From positions 175,956,001-176,020,000 of the forward strand of contig OZ038378.1 of assembly GCA_964036045.1 (NCBI GenBank): a DNA stretch of 64,000 nucleotides, written 5' to 3'. The translations under genes were made by a program, and so were the position numbers. This DNA is from Eutreptiella sp. 'Long Island Sound 2002'. Taxonomy: Eukaryota > Protista > Euglenida. This document shows positions 48,343 to 60,100 of the stretch, in pieces; position 1 is the stretch's first letter; each line of letters begins with the position of its first letter. The notes beneath the pieces are model-generated. The model was not told the origin of the DNA. It searched no databases and saw only the letters and a program-made list of their open reading frames with translations.

Positions 48343-50808
48343 TCGACGCGCGCACTCGAGGCACACTTGGTGAGGCAGTGGTGCGTCTGCCCCTCACAGG
48401 CTGCACTGCTGACCCCGGGGGGCACCCAGGGTGGGTGGCGGCGGCGTCGGCCGGCCTGACTTGGATGGGGGAACATACCCAAAGTGACGGTATCCCCGCC
48501 CCCTCCGCCCCCCTGTGTGACGTTCCGTCTTGTTGTTGTTTCTTTACGGGGCCCTGGACAGTCACCCGTTCTTCCCTCCGCATGTTGCGTCAGGTTGCTG
48601 CTTTCTGCCGGCCGCTGCGGCCGGTGCTCCTGCTGGTGTTGTGTCCGCATTCGCGGAGCCCAGTGGTTGGTGTGTTGGGGCTGTGCTGGATGTGGCATGG
48701 TGTGCTCTTTGCGCGTCAGCGGCGCCTAGTAGTTGGCATATTGAGGTTGTGTTGGTTGTTGTGGGGTTCGTTTGACTGTTTTTGCTGTCCACACACCTCC
48801 GTCCTCAGGCCGTCCACAACCTGCCTCTCTGTGTTTCCGTGTGCGTGAGCCCCAGGTGCCCTGCTCCGCACAGGCCCCAGCGGTGGCCCACTGGGCGCGG
48901 GATCCCCTGGGCGCAAACGAACAACGGTGCTGTGCCGCAGGGCCCCAGGGTTGGTTCCCTGGGTGCCTGATCCCTTCCCCCCCCCCCCCCGGGGGGAAAC
49001 ACAAGGGGCGTGGGACAGGAAACAAGACATGCAAACATGAGGGCATGTGATCCACAAGATGACCAGGAAATTGTTTGTTGGGGTGTGTGTTCACGTCTGC
49101 TGAGAGACAAGCACTGTGCGCCACTTTTTCTGGCATGAGCGCTTGACTTCGAAATGCTGCACATGCTCGACACGGGGGGGCACTGAAATGGGCTCTCCAG
49201 CCGCAGACTTGGCTGCAAGCTTGGCTGCTACCTTGGTTGGCTGCACTCTTGGCTGAAGGTTCGGCACGAGGTTTTGCAGATTTGGGAGCAGACTTGGCAG
49301 CAAGCTCAGGAACATCACGCGTGAAGTACAACTTCTCATTGGCAAAAACAATTTGCCAACCCCCATAGTCCAGGCGCACTCGTTGCCCACACAATCTCAG
49401 TGTCTGATGCACTGTCATTGTCTGCTTCCACACCAGTGCATTGTCCAATGCTACATTGTCCAACCAGTAGAGACACAGGAGAACCTCAATATCCAGCCTT
49501 GTAATCAAAATTGGAAAAACTCAAAGCCCCCCCCCCGCCAGGGAGGGGGTGGGAATACACAGGTGGGTATTTCTCAAGGGAGGTAGGCTTGGCAGGCCTA
49601 GACACGCTTGGAGACGTTGTTGATGGTTCGAATCCATGAGACCATGTGGCAAATCTTGAGAATTCATGGTCTCTTTGCATTGCAAGATGGTTGAAAGGGT
49701 GTGTTGTGCAACATCTTCCTCATTCCACGGATTGGTGGTTTGTGGATGCTGTTGTTCTGGTGGTGGGATACTACACAGGGTTGCAACTTGTATGCAAAAT
49801 GCTCGCGTGGGGTAGACCTCATTCGATATTCTTTTGCTTCTATCTTGGTCGGGCTTCAGAAAAACCAGTGAGCAGTCGACCGCCAGTGGTTGACGATTAA
49901 TCACCCGGGGCTTACCGGACTTTCCATCACAACAAATGAAACCAAACACGTCCCTTGCAGACCGCCGTGCTCACGGGCCCTGGTGGTATTTGTCTGGTAG
50001 AAAGGCCATGCCAAAAACAAAAGTGAGGGCACACCAGAATTGGGGGCTGGAGAGGGTCTGGGACTCAAAATGGCGTATGCCAAATGGGGCCCGCGACAAT
50101 GTTTAAACTGAAATTTTAACACACACACACACACACACACAACCCAAAAGAATGTGGCGGGGTGACATGGAGAAGGTTCCGGAGGGGAGGATGAACGAAG
50201 CAGCAATACTTACCAAAAAGCCTAAGCCCCACGACACAATCCTGTCATCAAACAGAACCAGTACCAACTGTTTCCCTGTGGTCGCCTAACTCATGGGGTA
50301 TCCAACGTCTGGTAGGCTGGCTCAGGCATGGGCAGACAACGCTCGGTCCTACTGCTGAAGAGGGCCCAATTCATTGCCTGCGGTGTTTGTCACGGTCACT
50401 GTCACTGTCAGTGTTACTCTGTGAAAACCCAACTCAGGTCCAGAGTCCTTCCAGTGTCCAACTCGAGAATGCTAGTTCACCTTGAAGGGATCTGAGCCGG
50501 CCTGTGACTGAGGAACATTCGGTAGCCTGCAGAATTAACTCAACACGACACTTGGTATGGGTGCATGGGCTTAGCAGTCGAGCATGAGCAATGTGCAATT
50601 GCAATTCAGCCAGACATCGCAGTTTGAGAAGTGACTGACTGGATTTTTGGCCGGACCAGTTCGGCTCCACAGCTAGCCTCCCATCCCCAGGCCTCACATA
50701 ATCTGTGTGGACCAGACCATCGTCTGCGCGACCATTCGACAACTGTGCAGCAACAGGACGTGCCGTACAAACAACACTTTGGGGGCAGCAGTACCACACG
50801 CCAATAAC

Positions 50809-50932
50809 ATATGTTGCAACATATTGAAACATGCCTCGCAACATGTTGCAACATGTCCAGCGAGATGTTGTAACAATTTGAGCGGCATGTTTCAACATGT
50901 TGCAACTTGTTGCCGCGCATGTTGCAACATGC
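50809..50932. repeat. Array of ATGTTGCAACAT palindromes
   Basis: 16-bp perfect palindromes at 50809-50824, 50841-50856 and 50917-50932, plus degenerate copies between them. Confidence 0.9.
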
Positions 50933-51255
50933 AGCCCACAAGCGCAGTGAATCAAACCAACCCCATTTCCAGCCAGCAAGCCAATCTTTGTGAGAATTCT
51001 GTCAGAGGGGGCCCAGGCACTCGCAGCACTGAAGGAGGCCGCCTCACGGCATCTGACCCTTGGCTTTGGCCCAGTTTTCTGAGGGTCAGAAGAGTTCACG
51101 ATGTGCCTGACACCCGTTGGGAAAGCAACGGCGGGAGTGTTCAGTGTTGGACCTGCTCCCTATGCCCGTTGAACTCCTCACGGGCTGCAAACATCTAAAA
51201 CGGGTCTCCTTGTACAGATTGAGATGAGTGTTGGACTTGGAAATTTGCACCCTTA

Positions 51256-51415
51256 CCAATCTGGGGTGATCACCAAGGTGACGGTGCCCTCCGCGATGGG
51301 GGACGACATGCGAGTTGTCATCCCATCGGAAGGCAGTCCAGGAAGCTGACAGGGAGCGGTGCAATATTCCGTCAGTTTGTGAACTCCTCAGATTCACCTG
51401 AACTTTGAGGCCTAA
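51256..51415 (-). pseudogene. Second, more decayed Dam-like methyltransferase relic
   Basis: GLKVQVNL..., AFRWDD..HVVP and IAEGTVTLVITPDW in two frames follow the same motif order as the 47.4-kb copy; the NPPF motif is degenerate. Confidence 0.45.
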
Positions 51416-51753
51416 ATGCCCCAAAGCCAGCGCTATCCTAGGTGCTATCTAAGTCTTTCGCACCTTGGGGATCCCATACAGCAGGCATCACGTGGGCCCA
51501 CCCCACTTTAAGAACTCTCTCTCAATGCCCTTATGGACTATGGAACACGTTATGGAACTTCTGGAACACGTTCCCCCTCATGTCCCTCATGTGTAGTCCA
51601 CTTCTGATGCAACAATCATGGCCGCCATGCAACATGCTGGTGCGGGTGAGGTTGATGTTTCTGCTTTCTGTTGTCAACAACCCACCTCCACACTTTGTGG
51701 TGAACGCAGGGGAAACTGTTGTGCTGAGCGCATTGACCGACACACTTGTGAGA

Positions 51754-51892
51754 ACAAAATTGTGCATGGGGCACAGCAAATGTCCCACTTTTTTGTTTGG
51801 TGCAATGTGAAATGGCAGCTTTGTACGGACAAAATTGTGTATAAGACACAACAAATGTCACATTTTTTGGTGTAACTTGAATTGGCAGATTT
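51754..51892. repeat. Degenerate tandem dimer, about 75 bp
   Basis: ACAAAATTGTG...CAAATGTC.CA.TTTTT...GGTG.AA..TGAA.TGGCAG at 51754 and 51829. Confidence 0.75.
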
Positions 51893-54169
51893 AATGTTGC
51901 CTGCTCTGCAGGGATAACTTCAGGGGTAATGTGGTCGGGTGGCACTTTCCTGGTCTTTGGGGCTTCTCACGGGGATTGCAAATCTGGGACTAGAGCTTAA
52001 GACACCTGCCCAAGAAGACAAACGTACCCTCATCAACAATGTGCATCAACACTTCAGCAGCACATCCACAGGGGACAGGATTATCGCAGGCTGAAGTTCA
52101 TGCCGTTGGGCTGTCGAATGACGGTGAGCCATCATCTGTCGATGTGGGACTACCGCTGCATAGGCCAGCGATCGATGGCTTGTTCCAAACTTCGCCGTTC
52201 GTTGCGATAGTCAGGTGCTGTAAGACTCGCGAGACCATTTCGCCGTGCCGTCTTGTCAATGTCAGTAGAGGCTGTTCAATTGTACAATGTACGTGATTCG
52301 CTGATTTATAGTTTTGCATGACCTTGAATATCGACGTGGTGAAGAAAGACAAGGTTACAGAAACAGAGAGGAGTCCTGGTGTGGACGACGATGTGTAAGG
52401 TCAGAGACACTCATAGCCCTTCCAAAAGCGCTTCATGACTCCAATGAGTGCAACCAGAAAAGTGTGTCAGTCGGCTCGAGAAGGCAACCAGAAAACGTAA
52501 GGCCAACGATGACCAAGGCGCCAGACCTTCATCCCCAGGGCATCCCAAGCTCCAGCTATAACCTTCCCTGGCCCTATAGACACGCCCGAATTGGGACTAT
52601 GTACCATGTCCTTCAAAGCCAGTTGCCCATTACACAAGGCGCATCTTAAGTGAAGTGATAATTGGCCTTGGGGCTCGGGTTCGAATTGGAATACATAGTC
52701 TGTATGGATTCTGCATGTGGGTGCACTTCCTCCTCTGTAGGCACCCGCACTAGCCATCTCGGTAACATGACACTGTAAACTGAGCAAATACCGCCACACC
52801 CCATTTTGTCCAGCCCCCTCCCCCCCCCCAGGGATGACGGTTTGCACCACCCCACCCGGGGGGGGGGGGGGGGCGGGGGTTGCGACGAAGTGACGCCCTG
52901 CCCCCTGTGGGAGAGGGGGGGGGGGGCTGGACACCACAGTCGACAAAGGTACTATCGGCCCGTACCGTGCACAGTACACGGCAACATGTTGGTACTTTTG
53001 TTGTTTCCTGGACTCTTCTCTGTCCCTGTTATCTCCTGGAAGCCTCTGGATGTAGGAATGCAAAGGGTCAGGAAGAAAGATGTGTACATGAGCCCTGAGA
53101 ACAACGTCTCACAGCTCTGGGCCTGAGAAAGATGAACCTTGCGACATAGCACGCGAAAGGTGCAGGAAAACCACCACGTGGAACTGCTTTTTTTGAACCA
53201 GCAAGTGACGCCCCCGCCCCCCCAAGGGGGGACGGGAATCTGACCGTTCCCCAACCAAAAACTGATGGGGGCGACTTCTGTCAAACAAATGAAGGATGGT
53301 GAACAGGATTGATGAATAGGCATTGCAAAGAAACAAGGACATTTAACACTGCCTACCCACCGACCCAGGCAGGTCAGCTAGAGTGCCCATTGATCTTGCT
53401 TATGAGGCGTTTGCCCTTGGTGTCATCGAATCGAACCGCATTAGGGCCACACATGCCTTGTGCCCCTGGTGCCGCCTGTCCGCCTTGTCAGATATCACCA
53501 TTTGGAGCCCTCCTGCTGGACTGCCAAATATCTCGCCTGGGGAGCGATCACCTCGAGGCAGTTGTTAGATCAAGGGCACGCATGAGCGACATATAACCCC
53601 ATTTCAGGGGGCATTTGGATAGCATATCTCGAGGGGTTCAGGGGCTTGTGAAGTCATTATATTTGATGACAAGAAGGTTCCGGCTGCAACACCCTGGCAC
53701 AAGGTTTGGATTGACCACATGTGCACAATTCATGAAAGTACTGGTGTGGCCTTACGCCTAGAGATGCCCAAATCTGCCCGATCCATGCCAATGAGCCATG
53801 TATGGAGGGCTGAGATGGACAGATCAATACATCCAAAAGCCAGGTCTGAATAGACGAATCCATGCACCCGACGCCAGAACTCTGCGTGTCAAGTTTGGCT
53901 TCGCGTTGACAGGGAACATACATGATACATACGGACCAGTGCTGCGTGCCTGGGTGGGCTAATGCCACCCGTGCGATGCGGACTTATGCAACCCGCAAAC
54001 CTCAACCTTCGGGTCGGGAGGCAACATGAGCCACTTAAAAGTCTGGGTGAAGCCTCGCGAAAGCTGTGTCGGCCGTTTGCGGCATCACATATAAGCATGC
54101 AAGAGACGTACGTGAATGCACAACCGGTGTTCAGGGCACTCGCTATGTTTGGACTGTGGTGCCAGACGA

Positions 54170-57100
54170 TTACATTGGCGTCTGATTCTTCAGAAACCTC
54201 GGAGACTTTGCATCATCAGAATCGGACAGGGCTGCGGCAGGCACCGCTTCCGTATTTTTGTTTTTGTAATACGAATATGCAACCACAGACCAGAATGCCA
54301 CTCCGATCCCCAGCAGATGACGGTATTCCGGTGCTGCATCAAAGAATACGAACCCCGCCGCGAAGATGAGGACCGCCTTCACATGGCCCAGCACCTGCAG
54401 AAACGATCATAAATCCCCGGAGATGGGACGCCGTCCGAGCAGCTGTTTATACCTGCCACTTGCATCCTGCTGCTTGCTACTGGCTTCCTGGACTGCCGCG
54501 CTTATCCTCAAGCCTTGTCAACCCAACTGGGAATCCGCTTTGCAGTTTGTATAGAACGGTGTAATGGTTCCCTGACCAGAGCCCCTGACAGGCAGTAAGC
54601 CGCCAGCAAGGTAAAAGCACCCGAGTTCACTGAGGATACACACTTAAACGTCCATTTGGCTGCTGGGTTACATACACACTGCGCAGTGGAGGTCTGGCAC
54701 AAGAGCCATTGTGCTGTTTGGGGCCTGAAATTCGGAGACAGGACATACGACAGCACCACTGCAGTTGAGAGCTCCCCCAGTGTGAGACGGAGGCAAGGTA
54801 TTTTGTCAGTAATAATGGCTTCATGGGTACCCTCTGGTGCCCATGAAGCAACCAAACCCAACAGCAGCACAGCAAGAACGACGGCTGTGCAAAATACAGC
54901 AAATTGCGATTCTTGAGACACACGCTATCTTCCACGCTACTTTCACTATTGCCTGGCGTTACTGCTATTTTCTGGTACAATGCTGTAGACAGCTGTGTTG
55001 ACACTGACGATTTTACGATTTTGCTCCCCTACCGTGACAATCCTGCCATCCGGTTACTTATGCCTTGCTGAAAATCTACCCCCTGACAGGGCCCCCGATG
55101 GGCAGTTTTTGCCTTCGGCTGCTGGTGGGTGGCGGCTGCCTATTCGGCCGCTATCTTGTCGTCCCAAAAGGGAAAGGCATGACTCTCCAAGATGCGTTGA
55201 GATCAGGAGTAGAATCGGCGTTCCAGCAGGGGCTAGATACACAAACCAATGAGGCTATTGATCAAAACCTATGTACATGGATGGAGGCTGGGCACGACCT
55301 GCAAAGTCAAGGCTGATGTGTAGTGCACAACAGACACATGGCTCCACTCCAACCCCCACGCGATACAGCACGTGACGAAGATCAGCACCATCCCAGGTAT
55401 GCACAGCGACTCCTGCATCCATGGCCTGAACTGACTCAAGTCATCGGTGAAGGCAATCATCGGCAGCTGTTTCAAAAGCCAGGTATGAAGCTCATAACTC
55501 ACGCATTGACTCGGTGCAGCGGGCGTGTCCTTCACTTGGCCGCCGCCACCACCACCACCACAACAACAACAACAACAACACAGCAGCAGTAGCAGAACAA
55601 AAACATCCACCAATGCCTCACAACATCTTGCGCTCATCACCCAAGCGTCACCGCAGTTTTACGAGCTCAGCACACTGGTACACGTCAGTGCTCAGCCCCA
55701 TGCCTTGTGGACAGCTAAGGCAACAGCACCACGCTTGGCAAGTGTAGCGATGCTGCTACTATGGGTTCAATTTCCGTTGCTTTACTTGCTCTGTCTGCAT
55801 GCTTTATCTCTTGGCTGTCACGACCTGCCGCTGTGGAGAAACAGCCGGTGGAGCTAAAACAGCGCTTGAGAGACGGTTTGATGAACAACAGGTGGCCGCT
55901 GTGAGCCTCGTAACACGTTTGCCTCGAGACGTGCAGGGTTTCTTGCCCCTGCCCGAATTCTGATTGTGAAGGATTCGTGGCACACCCAGAGTGTGTTCCA
56001 CAGCGGCTGGCAGCGCTTTAGCCAGGCGAAAGCCTCCCAAGGGGTGCTCCATTAGACAGACTATAATGCTCTCTCAGGGCATCCACAGCACACCGGCTGG
56101 GGCCGATGTAGGGGTGGTCAGGCTGCCGGGTTGGAATCCACCTCTACAGGGAGGACAGGGGGAAGGGGCAGGGCGCTGTTGTCGGCCCCAGAATAAGTTT
56201 GCATTGAGACGTGCAAAGGCACCGCCCCACCCACCCGACATGCGACGTTAATCAAGGGGTCCAGGCGGAGAGGGTCGAAGAGTAGGCAGGGGAGTGGGCC
56301 TAGGTGAGGCCTGGTGGAACTATCATGAGAGGGTACATGGACAAGAGCAAAATGGACTGGGGGATAAAAGTTCTGGGGCCCATGATATGACTCAGTGTTA
56401 CATGAGGAGGCAACAGCGAGTAGCCGGGATTCCTACCCTACCCTACCCTTGTCTAAGCAGCAGATAATGGCCAAAAACTGACGGAACCAACACCCAGTGT
56501 TGCTTTGAAAGCTTGCATGCCGCAATGTGCATGGTCTACGTGTAATGGATGTGTAGGGGGCTTGAAGCTGAGAAATGTGGTATGCAACAAGAGGATTGGC
56601 AGATGCAACAAAACATTATAAGAAACAATGTTTGGAAACACAGAATTTGACACATGCACAGTTCAAATGTGATGGACATTCGGAGTCCACACGCTCTGAA
56701 ATGTACCCCATCTGTGTTAGGCTGTATTGCATCTTGAATGTTTGGACATCCAACAGATCCCTAGTCAAACACAACTGACCTCCAGAAGCATGACAAAACA
56801 GCCAACCAAGCTTCATCCAAAACATGGTGTGTTATTCTGAAAAGCAAAATGCAGGTGCCCTGCAGCCCACATAGCACACATTCACACCAACTCAAAAACA
56901 CAACAGTATGTGGGGCTGACCACCCATCTGGATTTAAAACATCTCCCCATCAGCCCTTGCCGACCCTCTGATAACTCACTGCCCCACAGGAGTGGGGACT
57001 GAAATCGCCACCTCCCAATTACAAGTGTGACGCTATGTCGGATCCCTACAGATCCGCCAAACCTCAGCGTTCTCAACCGCACGCTGCGTCACAACCCACA

Positions 57101-60100
57101 CCACGTGCACCACGACTGAGTACAATTCTTGGGTAGTCATCCGTCCTGGCTGTCCGTGCATGTTGACAATATTGAAACGGGCATGAGTGGCTTGGAGCCG
57201 ACAGCACAAATGTATTTTTTTTGGGGGGGGGGGGGGCTCATCAGCATGCAACCTGCTTGGAATGGATGGAGGTGGTATTGTCGTTGAAAAGTACTGTTTA
57301 CCGGGGCCCTTTCCCAGTTACTCTTCAAAGTAGCACCCCATCCAAAACAATCTTGCACATATGTACTTTAAAAAATGTCATATAGGCACGTGTGTACTTT
57401 AAATGAAATCACAAAATAAATGCTTGTAGATGAGGTGCGCCTTTGTATCTCTAGAGTGGGGGATGGGGTTGTGCAGCCTTTGGATTGGCCTTGCACAACG
57501 AAGAACACGTGAACATGTTGCCGTAGTGCTCAACCATCTTTTTGTTGTACTCCAATATCCAAAAATGACGCTTTTGGAGAAGAAAATTCGCTCCCACAAA
57601 TCAATATTTCTGCTCGGACCTCATCCGTTGGAGGGACATGGCAACTGTTGTAGCCATTGCCAATGCCCTTGCCAATGCAAATGGTGCAAACATTTGTTGC
57701 ACACATTAGCGCAATCTTGCACACACCTCCCATGGACACAAATCGGAAGCATGCAAAACATGATAAAGAGAAAAACATTTAAAGCACAATATGTGGAGCA
57801 TGCCATCACAAAAGTCGAAAGACTCAAGGGGAGTTGTACAATGAGGTTGAGGTACAGCCGAGCCATAACCCAGTGCACTCGTGTGGTCTAGATAGGTGAG
57901 GGACACTTGGAACAACTATAGCGCAAAGTAGCTAGGGCCATCTCATGCAACAACCACAATCTGTCCTGTGGTAGTGGCATGTTGCCATTGCATGGCAATG
58001 CGTTTGGACAAGGCACAATGCAATGTCAAACAACATGCTGAATGGCAACTCACCCAACTCTCTTGCTTTATGAAGTTGAAATAGGCAAAAATTTTTCAGC
58101 CACTTCTTCCATTGCTTTGGTTGATTGCTTTCTTGCTCAGCAATCAACTCCACAACGGCCAACTACTCAATGTTTGCACTAACCAAGTGTGGCTTATCAC
58201 ATAGGGGGTCAAACTTGAGGCACAAAAATTTGTGTGTTGGGGCAACGAACAACAAACGGAGCACCCAATATGCATTCAGCATATTAGAAACTTGTGCCAC
58301 AATCAAAAGTGGTGCAAAACCATTCCAATGGACGTTGCTCACAATGTGCGTTGCCCCCATCATTCAGCCAACTCTTGAATGTGATCCCTCCTCCCATATG
58401 ACACATTTCACAATGAACCACGCACAACCCATGCTACACCCAATATGTCCCGATCTACGCTCATGTCCTAGCTTGCCATCAATACCCCAAGACCTTAGCG
58501 TACTCCGTCACACAACAATCTGACAAGAGGTCCTTGAAACGGTGTGCCACCAACTCATATTGTTGAGACACATGGTAGTGTCACATGTAGTGGATCCTCC
58601 CAATTGTCAGAGAGCAGTGCCTCCACATGCTGCAATGGGTCCATAATAGTGGCATTGCCCTCATCAATTGCATGGGGATCTTTTTTGTGCAAGTGTTGCT
58701 CAGAAAATAGGCAAAAAGAGTACACCTAGCGGGATCCCCACAACAACAAGGCGTTGTGAGGACGGAATACTAGAATGGTCATCCAATGTTTCCAAGGCCA
58801 AAGAAGAGGCGAGGACTTTGGTGGGGACAATCAATCTCTCCGTATGAGACGGCACAAGAACATTGCTTTCACACCATTGTAGGTGGAGTTGGGTGCACGA
58901 TGTTCTCTAGTTGCACCCTTCCCCCACTTTGATGGCAACCATTGTGCCTCATCCCGGTCTGCGGTGCATTCTTTGCGACATAAACACTGTTGTCTCTGGG
59001 TTCCTCGAGGGGGGCACAAATCAAAAAAGGTACATAACCCCGGCCGTTTGGCGGTCCCCCAAAACAGGGGACGTATAGGGGGGGGGGGGGGATTGTTACT
59101 CAGTACATACCTAAGTAAAAAATTTTTAACTCGAGTAAAAAAAAAGTTATATTTGGCACTTTTGACACTAAGTAAAAAAAATAGCATTTTATCATAGTGT
59201 TTGTCGACCTTTGCGCCATGGATATTAAGGCCAAATCAAGAACATATTTGCCACATTTTACTTCCACGGAGGAGAATCACCCGGCCGGGGGGGGACGTAA
59301 TGCACGCGGTAATGCACCCAAAGAAAAATGGGAAAACAGGAAAATGGGGGGAAATGGGGGGAAATGGGGAGAAATGGGGGGAAATGGGGGAAAATGGGGG
59401 GAACGGGTTTAAACACGGGGCCAGAAACAAGGAGGAGCGCATGCGGCAACACCATGTTACATTTATAACCTTCGATCTACAAGTTGGTGCAAAATAAACT
59501 ATTGCAGACTGCCATTGTAATGCAGCATCACTGCTGCACCGTGAGTCTCACACTTCATCTGGCGCTGCCGCTCATCCCTGACCCACTTCAAGGACGAGAA
59601 GCAATGCTCCACGTCGCATGAAGTGGCAGGCACTGCCAATGCACGGCGTGCCACGGCATACAATAGGGGGAGGGTCTCTGACATACCCTCCCACCAATCC
59701 AGAATACGGAAATTTGCTGTGGACGCAATTGCGGGGAGCTTCCAGTACACGTCCCATTCAGCCCGCAAGGCATCACTACACTCCCCTTTGCGGAAGAGGC
59801 AGTCACATGTCTCAATCTGACTGCCCATCTCCACCTCAGACCCTAGGACAACACGCTGCCTAGGATCCAAGACTCTGGCACTCTTTGCAAAGGGCAGAAG
59901 TTGCAGGTATTTGCTCACCTTGTTTGCAGCTGCAGTGAGTGCAACATTAAAACCTTGGCGGTACGGGGCGCGTTGTTTCTCACTCAGAGCTTCAAGCACC
60001 TGGTCCACCAAATTCCCGTGTTGTGTGATCCTCTAGTGCATCACGTAATTTCAGCACTTGGTTGTACACTCTATGCATTTGTGGTCGCAGTGGTGCACCA

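Noticed and set aside
54508-54921. Hydrophobic ORF considered as a transporter exon
   Set aside because: Exon 55466-55299 already supplies the expected helices and joins directly to VLGHVK; this ORF lacks family motifs.
56430-56450. (CCCTA)3 telomere-like tract
   Set aside because: Too short and not the canonical hexamer.
57400-58720. Protein-like fragments on the minus strand (WNGFAPLL, ELPFSMLFDIAL)
   Set aside because: Interrupted by stops, and no family could be assigned without a search.
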